A stretch of 64,000 bases of DNA from Chiloscyllium plagiosum (taxonomy: Eukaryota). The position numbers and the translations under genes were made by a program. The notes beneath the pieces were generated by a model. It was not told the origin of the DNA and did not search any database. It saw only the letters and a program-made list of their open reading frames with translations. Location: the NCBI RefSeq assembly GCF_004010195.1, contig NC_057718.1, positions 10,716,460-10,780,459 of the forward strand, given 5' to 3'. Below, one piece after another: positions 11,561 through 24,400 of this stretch (position 1 is its first letter; the number at the start of each line of letters is the position of its first letter).

Positions 11561-13580
11561 CATAGAACATTACAGCGCAGTACAGGCCCTTTGGTTCTCG
11601 ATGTTGCGCTGCCCTGTCATACTAATCTGAAGCCCATCCCACCTACACTATTCCATGTACGTCCATATGCCTGTCCAATGACGACTTAAATGCACTTAAA
11701 GTTGGCGAATCTACTACCGTTGCAGGCAAAGCATTCCATACCCTTACTACTCTGAGTAAAGAAACTACCTCTGACATCTGTCTTATACCTATCTCCTCTC
11801 ACTTTAAAGTTGTCCCCTCGTGCTTGCCGTCCCCATACTTGGAAAAAGGCTCTTCCTGTCCACCCTATCTAACCCTATCTTGTATGTCTCTATTAAGTCA
11901 CCTCTCAACCTTCTACTCTCTAATGAGAACAGCCTCAAGGCTCTCAGCTTTTCCTCATAAGACATTCCTTCCATACCAGGCAACATCCTAGTAAATCTCC
12001 TCTGCACTCTTTCCGAAGCTTCCACATCCTTCTTATAATGCGGTGACCAGAACTGTACACAATACTCCAAGTGTGGCCGTACCAGAGCTTTGTACAGCTG
12101 CAGCATAACCTCCTGCTTCTGGAACTCATCCCTCTATTAATAAGGCCAAAACACTCTATGCCTTCTTAACAACCCTGTCAATCTGGATGGCAACTTTCAG
12201 GGATCTGTGTACATGGACACCGAGATCTCTCTCCTCATCTGCACTCCCAAGAATCCTACCATTAGCCCAGTAATTTGCATTCTGATTACTCTGTCCAAAG
12301 TGTATCACTTCACACTTGTCCACATTAAACTCCACCTCTCAGCCCAGCTCTGCATCCTATCTATGTCTCTCTGCAACCTACTAAATCCTTCGTCGCTATC
12401 CACAACTCCACCAACCTTAGTGTTGTCCGCAAATTTACTCACCCACCCTTCTAAGCCCTCATCCAGGTCATTTATAAAAATGACGAACAGCAGTGGACCC
12501 AACACCGACCCTTGCGGTACGCCGCTAGTAACTGGACACCAAGATGAACATGTTCCATCAACTACAACCCTCTGTTTTCTTTCAGCAAGTCAATTAATGA
12601 TCCAAACTGCTATGTCTCCCACAATCCCATTTCTCTGCATTTTGTATAATACTGTGGGGAACCTTATTGAACGCCTTGCTGAAATCCATATACACCACAT
12701 CAACCAGTTCACTCTCATCGACCTGTTTGGTCACTTTGTCAAAAAAGTCAAGATACGTTAGGCACGACCTACCCTTCATAAAACCGTGCTGACTGTCCCT
12801 GATCGGATTATTCTTTTCTAGATGGTTATTAATCCTATCTCTTATAACTTTTTCCAACACTTTACCAACAACTGAAGTGAGACTCACTGGTTTGTAATTA
12901 CCAGGGTTGTCTCTACTACCCTTTTTGAACAAGGGAACCACATTTGCTATCCTCCAGTCCTCAGGCACTATTCCTGTAGACAATGATGATTTGAAGATCA
13001 ATGCCAAAGGCTCGGCAATCTCTTCCCTTGCTTCCCAGAGGATCCTAGGATAGATCCCATCTGGCCCAGGGGACTTGTCTATTTTCACACTCTGCAGTAT
13101 TTCTAATACCTCTTTCTTGTGAACCTTAATCTCTTCTAGTCTAGATGCAAGTATCTCTGTATCTTCCTCGCCAACATTTTCATTTTCTATAGTGAACACT
13201 GTCAAAATATTTATTTAGTGCTTCCCCTATCTCCTCTGACTCCAGACCCAACTTCCCACTATTATCCTTGATTGGCCCTAATTTAACTCTTGTCATTCTT
13301 TTATTCCTGACATACCTATGGGAAGCTTTAGGGTTAACCCTGATCCTATCCACCAACAACTTCTCATGTCTCTTTCTGGCTCTTCTGAGCTCTCTCTTTT
13401 TAGGTCTTTCCTGACTTCCTTGTAACCCTCAAGCGCCCTGAGTTTTCACATTTTGTCCTAACATAAGCCGCCGCCGCCTTCTTGACCATGGATTGCACTT
13501 CCTTAGTAAACCATAGCTCACACGTACTATATCTTCCTCCCTGCCTGATAGGTACATACTTATCTATGACACACAGGAGC
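11561..13580 (-). mobile_element. CR1-clade LINE, 5'-truncated, RT region with frameshifts
   Basis: Minus-strand ORFs: [79 protein letters not shown]. Confidence 0.93.
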
Positions 13581-14194
13581 TCCTCCCGGCTCCCATCTCT
13601 CGCTGCTCCGAAGTGACTTTGATCCTTTTTGATACATGGGCACATTCTGAGGACTTCCTCAATGGCGCTGAATCTTTGGTAATTAAAATGAATTAATCAA
13701 TCTATAGTTTGAGGCCTCCTGTTTCTCCAACCCACTTTAAAGCTAACCTTTTATCAGTGGAAGTTAGTTAATGTAACAGAGCAGAGAGTGAACACTCCTT
13801 ATCTGTATATCTTTGAATGAAACAAGCCTTCAAAGCAATCAGGAATATTTGTTCAAAGGAAGAACAAATTCATCCCTGTTGTATTTGCTGTTGTAGACTG
13901 ATGGAAGGTCATTTGGCCTATTGTGTCCCCCTTGGCTAACAAGTAGCCATCCAACCTAATCCTATTTTCCTTTGTCCACAACTTTTTCAGGCAGTGTTCC
14001 AGATTCCCACCATCCTCCAGACGAGACCATTACCTTTCAGTTCCCTCTTAAACCCCCATCTCTTATCTTAAATTCATGCCCTCATGGGCCCGAACCAAAC
14101 TCCTCCTTACCTAGACCACTCAATTTTATACATTTACTTTTGGGTCTCCTTTCATTCTCCTCTATTCCAAACAAGCCAACCCCAAGCCCTTCAG

Positions 14195-14281
14195 TAAGAA
14201 GGGCTTATGCCCGAAACGTCGATTCTCCTGTTCCCTGGATGCTGCCTGACCTGCTGCGCTTTTCCAGCAACACATTTTCAG
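14195..14281 (+). mobile_element. Truncated PLE pseudo-LTR (family A)
   Basis: aagaagggcttatgcccgaaacgtcgattctcctgttccctggatgctgcc... Confidence 0.8.
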
Positions 14282-14518
14282 TTATGATGAATCAAGGCAG
14301 TCTTAATCTCTACGACCAAAATACCAATCTTCGTGTGTTTCCGTTAAAGATTTTAATGTTCTCTTGTGTTAGTTGAGGAAGTGCTACACTGATTGATATT
14401 TCACTGCAGAATTCCTCAAACAAATTCCTTTGCAGTTCATCATTTATTATATGAAACATGAGTCCTGGTCAGTAGAATTGCTACAAGTAATAAATTTCAT
14501 ATTGTTTTTCTTTTTCAG

Positions 14519-16150
14519 GTGAATGTTTCCTTTACCAACTCGATGCAATGCCACTTCTATTAGAATTCACATACAGCAGCTGAGCATGATGGATTGTTTT
14601 TGAGGAATGGGCATATAATTTTTGACAAATGAGGATGCTGCACTGATCATTTAATATCATTTTTAACTTGTAATTTAGAACTCCAAGTTGGATGTATATA
14701 AGAGTAACTGCGGTCCCTCTTCTATTGGGTGAAATGCTATTCTGATCAAGATTATGACAAAACAAAACTACACCCAATTGATTTGTATTTAAGGCAGAGA
14801 GCCAGAGAAGCCAATACACTCCTGTGCAGTTTCCAATTAGTGCTGATTTTGTATTAAATCAAGAGAGTCATATCTGCTGAATGGTTAATGTTATTATCTA
14901 GAAAGGAATCAGCCGAGTTTCCTGCTTCTAGTTGCTGTCTAGTTTGAAAATGAGCATCAGCTGAAGAAAGGTGCAGGCTTGATGTGATTCTGTTAATGAG
15001 AGAAAAAACAGCCCCATTCATTGCCTGTGGGAGTATATTCATCCCTTTCTGTTTAGATCCCTGCTTATGATGCACAGTAAATCCAGAGAGCTTGGAAGGG
15101 AGGTGTGGTTTGTCTTTCCAGTTTCTTCTGAGAGAATATAGGAGCTGCCTCATGTTTTGCTCACAGTGCCTTTTCCCCGGTGAACTGACTAAGCTTGGAA
15201 AATTACCACTTTGCAACTATGGAGGCTTTATGACTGCTGTATTCTGTAATTCCATCTGTATTGCCAGGCAATATCTGGATATGGTCAGCAATCCTTGGAT
15301 TTGGTACCAGGATTTGGTCAGCATTCCTTGGACTTGGTACCTGGACTTGACAAAACCTCCAAAATTGGTGTTGTATTGCATTCCGTTTTTTTGATAGCTC
15401 ATGGTCATGTGGCCCTGAAGTTGGCCAAGAGAACATGGTTCCAATTCCTGTTTTTGGCTTAGCTGAGGGCACTGATTAGCCGAGTAACACAATTCAGTCT
15501 GGTGACTGAGCCAGTGGGGGGGGGGGGGGGTGGGGGGTGGGATGGTCTACTCTCTCTAAGTCCAGCAGCTTGTTTTATTGGTAATCAACTTTGGAAAGCA
15601 TTGGTTGTGACATCCACCCAAAGGTCAGCAGGCTTTGCGAGTTCCATCAAGACTTGGATCTGAAGAATGACAGGTTGGAAGAAATACCCAAAGTTGACCA
15701 TTGAACTTGAACTTTGGTGCAGAATTGACAGCTTCAGGGGAGTAGATGGAAGCAGAAAACATTTTAGAGTTCTAATGAATTGCGACATTGTGACAGTGCT
15801 GATTTCCAAGGACTTGTTGTGTTTATTTTCCTTATTCCCACCAAATGACATTTCCTGCAGGTCGGTTGTTGATACAAATTATGGAGAAATAGCAAATGTT
15901 AAAATTTTAACATGGAGTTAAGACGATTAATTATGAATATCCTTTTAAAAATCGTAATTTTTTTTAAGTATCTTTTTGAGAAAGCTAATAGTCATTTGGT
16001 AGTACAGAACTTGAATTAAGTGACATTTTTGTGAAAGCTTTTTCTTGTATTAATGAAAATGTTTGTTTGTAAAAATATGATTGGGAACATTTTATACTGT
16101 AACTTGTACAATATCATGGTTTAGAAATATTGAATGGACAAAACATTGCA
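14519..16150 (+). other. Candidate non-coding terminal exon / 3' UTR of the KRTCAP3-like gene (3' end uncertain)
   Basis: Strong acceptor ttgtttttctttttcag at 14502-14518 downstream of the unused donor at 11163. Followed by about 1.6 kb of TE-poor sequence with ATTAAA at 14853 and an AU-rich stretch at 15900-16150. Confidence 0.45.
15282..15347. repeat. 33-bp tandem duplication (2 copies)
   Basis: tggtcagcaatccttggatttggtaccaggatt / tggtcagcattccttggacttggtacctggact. Confidence 0.85.
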
Positions 16151-16572
16151 AGTACAAAATTAGTGAAATAATCCTACATTTTCTCTTACTGCTGTCTTTT
16201 TGTCCTTTATCCAACTTTTATTCCATCCTTTATCTTTTTCTACTGAGTCTGTATTTCAGCACTGTGCCTACTTAGCTGGGAAAATTGCGATTAGATTGAA
16301 AGAGCTGATGAAAGGTCTCTGATTCACTCCCAGTACTGAATGGAGTTGAGGTGGTCAAAGTATTATCCCGGTTAGCCCAAGAAATTCTTGGTTAGGGCTA
16401 GGACAGAAATGAGTCAATGTCACTATCTGTGGAAACACTGCAGAAATTGCAGTTCGCCCTCCCATTTGAACAGCTGTGGCTCACAAATTAGAAATGGCTG
16501 TTACTCCAGATTGAAGTGGAATTCTGTCATCTGTCTCCAGCCTGTTTTTTAAAAGAACAGTGAAGAACAATA

Positions 16573-16848
16573 GGTGGCACGGTGGCTCAGTGGTTAGCAC
16601 TGCTGCCTCATAGCGCCAGGGACCTGGGTTCAATTCCCACCTCGGCCAACTGTCTGTACGGAGTTTGCACATTCTCCCCCGTGTCTGCGTGGGTTTCCTC
16701 CGGGTGCTCTGGTTTCCTCCCACAGTCCAAAGATGTGCAGGTCAGGTGAATTGCCCGTAGTGTTAGGTGGGTCTGGGTGGGTTGCCCTTCAGAGGGTCAG
16801 TGTGGACTTGTTGGGCTGAAGGGCCTGTTTCTACACTGTAGGGAATCT
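16573..16848 (+). mobile_element. HE1-type V-SINE with internal deletions
   Basis: Head, V core and tail present. Confidence 0.9.
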
Positions 16849-17334
16849 TGAAGAAAAAATAGTAAACCCCGGAAGGCTTTGTGTGTAGTTTTAGGATTCA
16901 GTTATAGATTGAAGAATACTTGCCACAAAATATGTGGCTTCTTCATGTGAAGAATGACATTTTCACCTTTTGCAAATTGTTGGCATCTGACAAATTTTGA
17001 ATCTGATTTGGTACTAACTAAAGCTTTTTTAAAAAAATTTGCCTGTCCAATCCACATGTTTTAACTTTCCATTCCAGAATTCTGATTGTAACAGTTCACT
17101 TTTCAGAGTAGCTCTTTCAGTGACCATGTTGATAGGGTTTACAAATTATTTGTGATAAATTTGTATCAATTTGGCATCATTATAACGTATCAATACAAAA
17201 GCCCAACTGCAGAACACTAACAGATGATAAAGACAATCTGTGCTGTAATTGAGTATAGGCTCAGTGTTGAAACTCTGATGGTCTACTCATTGTCACTTAA
17301 AAAGAAATGCCTGGAGCGTTAGATTTACTGAATG

Positions 17335-17431
17335 AATCTGGATCAGTGGTGCTGGAAGAGCACAGCAGTTCAGGCAGCATCCAAGGAGCAGCGAAATCGA
17401 CGTTTCGGACAAAAGCCCTTCATCAGGAATC
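17335..17431 (-). mobile_element. PLE pseudo-LTR fragment (family A variant) with hammerhead core
   Basis: Reverse complement attcCTGATGAagggcttttgtccGAAACGTCgattt. Confidence 0.8.
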
Positions 17432-17895
17432 ATGGTGACCCATCAGCTACCTGGCTTTGAATTTTGGTTCTCTGCCGAATTGATCACTCACTCCAAGGGC
17501 AGATGTCTAAGGAAGGATGTGCTATGACAATTGGCCCTTGCTTCATTGGTCTTTTTTGAAAGAGGTAATGGAGGCTTTTCTACAACTACCCTTCTTGGTA
17601 GACCTCCTGTTTGCAGGAGGAAAGCAAATTAATTCAAATGTGCCAGATGTTTGAATCATGAATTTAACTTGGTACAACTGAATTCCAAAATAGCTGATGG
17701 TATAGCTGTGAGGTATTTGAATTGGTATTTTAAATTATTTTTTTCAAAAAAAATAACGTGTATTTTGGGCGTCAGTTCTATTAAAATCAGGAGGATTTCA
17801 CTTAGATGGAGAATCTTCAATGTTCACCATGTATCTCAAATTTCCATGGTTTCCATTCTTGGCTCTAAGCCAGGTGTTAGTCATTTATTGCAAAT

Positions 17896-18111
17896 TTTAT
17901 TGCTGGAACAGCACAGCAGGTCAGGCAGCATCCAGGGAACAGGAGATTCGACGTTTCGGGCACAGGCCCTTCTTCAGGAATCATTCCTGAAGAAGGGCCT
18001 GTGCCCGAAACGTCGAATCTCCTGTTCCCTGGATGCTGCCTGACCTGCTGTGCTGTTCCAGCAATAAAGTTTCAACTTTGATCTCCAGCATCTGCAGACC
18101 TCACTTTCTCC
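17896..18111. mobile_element. Palindromic mini-PLE (family A): two head-to-head pseudo-LTR copies, 15-bp TSD
   Basis: 17896-17981 is the exact reverse complement of 17983-18068; tcatttattgcaaat is duplicated at 17881-17895 and 18112-18126. Confidence 0.92.
17983..18018 (+). ncRNA. Predicted minimal type I hammerhead ribozyme (family A exemplar)
   Basis: attc-CTGAAGA-a-gggc(ctgt)gccc-GAAA-CGTC-gaat: core CUGANGA/GAAA, helix II gggc/gccc, helix I attc/gaat, palindromic ACGT in place of helix III, GUC triplet. Confidence 0.75.
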
Positions 18112-18904
18112 TCATTTATTGCAAATGGCAAGAAATGGGAATTATAAGCTTTGATCATGTTTAAGACATTGAGTAGCTACATATGGATGGACTAAGGTAA
18201 ATTCCAAAGTTGATGCCCAGTCTATGGTGATCCATTTTTCCAGTCCTAGTGTTGGACTGGAAGCTCAGGCACAGGCTTATATGATATCTGCAGCACAAAC
18301 AGGCCACTTGGTCCACAAGTCCATGTGCCATACGAGTCCCAATCTTCACTTTTGTTATATTTAACTGCATTAACACAGCTTATTTATTTTTCCATTGTAA
18401 GTTTATCCAGCTTCCTCCTAGCATAGATCTATCTACTTGCTTCCTTGCATTTTAAAACATTTCACTTTCTGGATCAGAGTTTCTCATGAATTTCTGCCTT
18501 TTCTTACTCCCCTACCCCATCGACCAATTTTAGCTGGACTAAGAAATTCATCAGTGGTTTGACACTCCTGTGATGGCATGTGTGTGTGTGCATCGTGGAT
18601 GATTGAGAGTCTTCTGACTTTGCCCAATTTTAAGTCCACTAGTGATTGGGAGTGTTCCCTTCCTCGAGTCCTCGACCTTGCTACAAGGTGAAACATTCTC
18701 TCAACATCCATTCTGTCAAACCTCTCAAAAGAAAGATCGCTTCTCATTCTTTAGTTAAATGAGAAAAGAGTACTTAGTATACCTCAAGCTAAGTAAACTA
18801 AGGCTGCAACTTCATCGATGTTATTGGTCTAATTTAATGCAACATAATGTAATTTAACAGATAAACATCACATTCATAGGACTTTAAATCTTTCCCTGTT
18901 ACCC

Positions 18905-19153
18905 TAAACCTAAGGGGTAACTTCTTCATGCAGAACATGGTGCATGTATGGAAGAACTGCTAGAGGAAGTGATGGAGACTGGAACAATCAGAACATTTAA
19001 AAAGGCATCCAACTGTGTGTATGAATATGAAGGGTTTAGAGCCATTATGGGCCAAATACTGACATGTGGGACTAGATTAATTTAGGATATCTGGTTGGCA
19101 TGAATGGGTTGGACGGAAGGGTCTGTCTCAATGCTGCACAGCTCTATGACTCT
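18905..19153 (+). mobile_element. CR1/HER1-type LINE 3' end
   Basis: Homologous to 48630-48880, ending ctctatgactct. Confidence 0.85.
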
Positions 19154-19934
19154 GATGTAAGAAGATTGAAAACCTTTCAAAACCGATAAGAAATGGGATT
19201 AAATAATTTTAAATGGTTTTAACCAATTTAACCACTATTTTATGGGAAGGTTTATTAAGACTGCAATTTTAATTGAAAATTGTGGAACAGTTTTATACCG
19301 TGCTTTAGCCCATGAAAGGTGCATAAGTAAGTGATCATCTTCACGTGGAAAAAAGGGCACTTTCATCTTGCTGCAGAAAGTGAGAAATCGCCATCTTCAT
19401 CATAGAAGGACAGAAGATCCCCTATTGGCATTGCTGTTTTGCAGAATTTAAAGCTTTACAAGAAAAATACTATATTGCTTTATTGCAGAGTTTAAAAGTT
19501 TGTGATAAAGAAAATAATTGCTATTTATGGAAATCTTTCAAAGAGAAAGCCTATAACTTCATTGACTTAGTTAAGGGTTAAAAGATTTAATTCCAAAAAT
19601 ACTGAAGTATTTAGATATTGTAGAATGTAATAACTTTTAAACGAAGAATAAATAATCACTTTAGGAAGACATGCAGGGTGGAATTGGACATCTTGGAGAA
19701 AGCAGTTTTTAGGATACAGCATGCTTCAAACTTAAATCATAAACTGTACAAGTAAATGCATTATTCAACTGAACCAACAGTGGATATTAGGCAATTAATA
19801 CAAGCGAAGACAAATATATTTTTGGATAAATTCTAAAAGCTATTATCAGGTTAATCCTTTGTAGAATTTATGACTATAAAGTTTTTAATTAATAAGAGAC
19901 AATCTTGATTTGGAATTAGAGCCCCAGAGAGAGA

Positions 19935-21010
19935 CAGCCTGGCAACAGATGCTTTGGTCCATCTTATCCATGCTAACCAGATATCCAGTCCCATTTGCCA
20001 GCATTTGGACCACATCACTCTAAATTGTTCCTATTCATAAGCCCTCATTCCTGATAAAGGACTTATATCTGCAATGTTGATTCTTCTGCTCTTCAGATGC
20101 TGCCTGACCAGCTGTGCTTTTGTTTTTAGCATCACGGTCTTCAACTCTTATCTCCAGCATCTGCAGTACTTACTTTCTCCCTATTCCTATCCAGATGCCT
20201 TTTAAATGTTGTAACTGTGCCAACCTCCACCACTTCCTCTGGCAGCTCATTCCATACACACACACGCCCTCTGCATGAAAACGTTGCCCCTTCGGTCTCT
20301 TTTATATCTTTCCCCTCTCACCCTCAACCTATGCCCTCTAGTTCTGGACTCTCCCCACCCCAGGGAAAAGACCTTGTCTATTTATCCTATCCATGTCCCT
20401 CATGATTTTATAAACCTCTGAGGTCACCCTCTGTCTCCAATGCTCCAAGGAAAATAGTTCCAGTCTAATCAACCTCTCCCTAGAGCTCAAACCCTCCAAC
20501 CCTGGCAACATCCTGGTAAGTCTTTTCTAAAGTCTTTTTTCAGCACTGTCCCCATGACTTGTCCGGACTTGTTCTACCTGCCTATGTCCTTTTCCACCTA
20601 TCCACTCCACCCTCTCCTCCCTGACCTATCACCTTCATCCCCTCCCCCACTCACCCATTGTACTCTATGCTACTTTCTCCCCACCCCCACCCTCTTCTAG
20701 CTTATCTCTCCACGCTTCAGGATCACTGCCTTTATTCCTGATGAAGGGCTTTTGCCCGAAACGTCGATTTTGAAGCTCCTTGGATGCTGCCTGAACTGCT
20801 GTGCTCTTCCAGCACCACTAATCCAGAATCTGGTTTCCAGCATCTGCAGTCATTGTTTTTACCTCTTTTCTAAACCCTTTCAAGTTTCACAACATCTTGT
20901 AGCAGGGAGACCAGAATTGCACGTGGTATTCCTATAGTGGCCTAGCCAATATCTTGTACAGTTGCAACATGACCTCCCAATTCCTATACTCAATACACTG
21001 ACCAATAAAG
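19935..21010 (-). mobile_element. CR1/HER1-type 3' fragment with two nested PLE pseudo-LTR inserts (about 20040-20180 and 20535-20863)
   Basis: CR1 sequence resumes after each insert; tcttttctaaa repeated at 20521 and 20864; hammerhead core CTGATGA at 20738 and GAAACGTC at 20758. Confidence 0.8.
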
Positions 21011-21676
21011 TTCTTGTCACATATACAAGCCAAAAGAAGATTTTACTTTGATAGTGCTCTTCAACTTGTGTTGCTGAAAACAGACACCAAGATGACAAAC
21101 TCCTGAGAGGAGGACAAACTTATTACAGTAGAGTAACAAAAGCTACCCCCATTATGATGCATAACACCTGTGACACGTGAGAAATCAATACTGAGGGGAG
21201 GTCAAACAATGGATACTGAGAACACTGGAACAAAGAAACCCTCACAGGCACAGACAGTGCCCTGTTGCAAAAAAAGAATGCTTCATCTGTAAAACAATAA
21301 ATCACTTCCAGAAAATGTGCTGAAAATGCAGGTTCAGAGTAGCAAAGAGTGAAATGCGTTCTCATACAAATGTGTTTATACAATAAACTATATAATACCT
21401 GAGACATTCCAAGGAGAAACTGGAGAAAGCCTCTATATTCTTATGGTAGTGTGACAACCAGAACTGTACACAATGTTGAAATGTGGCCTAACTGAAGTTA
21501 TATACAGCTACAACATGACTTGCTAACGTTTATACTCTATGCCCAACTGATGAAAGCAAGCATGCCATATACCTTCTTGATCACCTTATCCCGTGTTGTC
21601 ACTTTCAGGGAACTGTGGACCTGTACACCTCAATCCTTCCTGCATTAGACCTTCCGAAGTGCACTTCCTCACCTTT

Positions 21677-23470
21677 GGGAGAAAGTGAGGACTGCGGATG
21701 CTGGAGATCAGAATCAAGAGTGAGGTGCTGGAAAAGCACAGCTGGTTAGGCAGCATCCAAGGAGCAGGAGAATCAACGTTTTGGGCATAAGCCCTTCATC
21801 AGGAATGAGGCTTGTGGGCCAGGGCGCTGAGAGATAAATGGGAGGAGAGTGGGGCTGGCGGGAAGGTAGCTAGGAATGTGATAGGTAAATGAGGGGGGGA
21901 AAGGTGATAGGTCAGAGAGGAGGGTGGAGCAGATAGAAATCTTTTGGCATCATAGAATCCCAAAGTGTGGAAGCAGGCCTTTCAGACCAACAAGTCCACA
22001 CCGACCCTCTGAAGAGTAATCCACCCAGACCCATTCCCCAACCTATTACTCTACATTTACCCCTGACTAATGCACATAACCTACACATCCCTGAACGCTG
22101 TGGACAATTTAGCATAGCCAATTCACCTAACTTGCACATATTTGGATTGTGAGAGGAAACCATATTACCTGGAAGAAACCCATGCAGATGCGGAGAGAAT
22201 GTGCAAACTCCACACAGACTCCACACATTCCAGAGGCTGGAATCAAACCTGGGTCCCTGGCACTATGAGACAGCAGTGCTAACCACTGAACCACCGTGCC
22301 AGATAGGTGGGAAAGAAGATGGACAGATGAAAAAGGCGGTGCTGCGTTGGAGGCTTGGGACTGAGATAAAGTGGGGAGGAGGGGAAAATGAGGAAATTGG
22401 TGATATCCACATTGATCACGTGTGGTTGCAGGGTCCCAAAGCAGAACATGAGGCATTCTTCCTCCAGGTGTCAGATGGTTAGGGTTTGGTGATGGAGGAG
22501 GCCCAGGACCTGCATGTTCTTGGTGGAATGGGAGAAGGAGTTAAAATGTTCAGCCACAGTGCAGTGAGGTTGGTTGGTGCTGGTGTCCAAGAGATGTTCT
22601 CTGAAATGATCCGCAAGTTGGCATCATGCCTCCCTGATGCAGAGGAGACTACATTGGGTGGAACAGATACAGTAGACGATGTGTGTGGAAGTACAAGTAA
22701 ATTTCTGTTGGATGTGGAAGGATCTTCTTGGGTCTAGGACAGAGGTGAGAGAGGAGATGTGGCACAGGTTTTGCACTTCCTGCGGTGGCATAGGAAGGTG
22801 CTGGGAGTGGGGTGTGGGCTGGTTGGGGTCATGAATCTGACAAGAGAGTCGCGGAGGGAATGGTCTCTCCGAAACACAGGGTGGAGAGGGATATAAATCC
22901 CTAGTAGTGGGATCTGTTTGTAGGTGGCGGAAGTGGCAGAGGATGATGCAATGTATCTGGAGGTTGGTGGGATGGAAGGTGAGGATCAGGGGGTTCTGTT
23001 GTTGTTGTGATTGGAGGTGTGGGGTTCAAGGGTGGATCTGCGGGAAGTGGAGGTGATGCACTGGAGGGCATCATCGACCATGTGGGAGGGGAAATTGCAG
23101 TCTTTGAAGAAGGAGGCCATCTGGCATGTTCTATGGTGGAATTGGTCCTCCTGGGGCAGAGGAAATCAGAACAAGGGATGGCATTTTTACAGGAGGCAGG
23201 GTGGGAGGTGGTGTCATCTAGGTAGCTGTGGGAGTCAGTGGGTTTGTAGTAGATGTCTGTGGTTAGTTGGTAGCCGGAGATGGAGATGGAGAGGTCCAGG
23301 AAGGGGAGCGAGGTGTCAGAGATGGTTCAGGTGAATTTGAGGTTGGGGTGAAAGGTATTAGTGAATTTGATGAACTATTCACTCTCATTGTGGAAGCACA
23401 AGGAAGCGCCAATACAGTCATTGATGTAGCAGAGGAAAAGGTGGGGAATGGTGCTGGTGTAGCTGTGAAA
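21677..23470 (-). mobile_element. Penelope-like element (RT C-terminal half, GIY-YIG region, family A pseudo-LTR), decayed, with HE1 insert
   Basis: Minus-strand sequence is homologous to 33700-34081 and 41300-42300; pseudo-LTR with hammerhead-like core at about 21677-21810. Confidence 0.85.
21952..22300 (-). mobile_element. HE1-type V-SINE nested in the PLE
   Basis: Reverse complement of the HE1 consensus. Confidence 0.88.
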
Positions 23471-24009
23471 GATTTGACCTCACATTTGTTCAGACTAAAT
23501 GCCATCTACCATTTCTCCATCCAAGTCTTCTGTCTATCTATATCTTGCTGTATCCTCAAAAAATCCTCACTATCTACAGCTCCCCTAAGCTTTGTGTCAT
23601 CCACAAACTTATTACTCAGACTATCAACCTTCTCCTCTAAAACATTTATGTATATTACAAACATCAGGAGTCCCAGCACTGATCCCTACAGAACATCACG
23701 GTCACAGATCTCAAGTGAGAAAATCACTCTTCCATTGCTACTGTCTACCTTCTATGCCCAAGCCAGTTCTGTATCCATCTTACCAGCTCACCATGAATCC
23801 CATTTGACTTCACTCTCTTTGTCAGCCTGCCATGAGGAACCTTGTCAAAGACCTTGCAAAAGTCCATGTAGACCATATCCACTGCCCTGCCCTTCATCAA
23901 TTACCTTTGTCACTTACTCAAAAAACTCAAAGAAGATTATGAGACAAGATCTCTCTCACCCAAAGCCATGCTGCCTGTTGCTAACAAGTCCATATTTTCC
24001 AGTTTTTAA

Positions 24010-24400
24010 ATTTTGTGGGATGTGGTCATTGCTGGCAGGCCAGCATTTATTGCCCATCCCTAGTTGCCCTTGAGAAGGTGCTGGTGAGTCGTCTTCTTGA
24101 ACCGCTGCAGTCCACCTGCTGTGGGTTGACCCACAATGCCATTAGGGAGGGAGTTCCAGGATTTTGTCCCAGCGACAGTGAAGGAATAGTGACATACTTC
24201 CAAGTCAGGATAGTGATGACTTGGAAGGGAACTTGAAGGTTGTGATGTTCCCATATATCTGCTAGCCTTGCCCTTTTAGATGGTCATGGGTTTGGAAGGT
24301 GCTGTCTGAGGATCTTTGGTGAATTTCTGCAGTGCACCTTGTAGATAGTACACACTACTGCAACTGAGCATCAGTGGAGCAGGGAGTGAATGCTTGTCCA
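24010..24400 (-). mobile_element. 3' end of a second LINE family (CR1/L2 group)
   Basis: Minus-strand ORF SFTVAGTKSWNSLPNGIVG...LQRFKK; tail gggatgggcaataaatgctggcc; related copy at 44590-44840. Confidence 0.7.

Noticed and set aside
17896..18111. MITE / DNA transposon interpretation of the palindromic elements
   Set aside because: Arms are asymmetric, breakpoints differ between copies, TSDs are long and variable, and the same sequence forms the end of RT/GIY-YIG-coding PLEs.
23267..24073. 268-aa + strand ORF
   Set aside because: Antisense read-through across a PLE/CR1 junction with no host-protein features.
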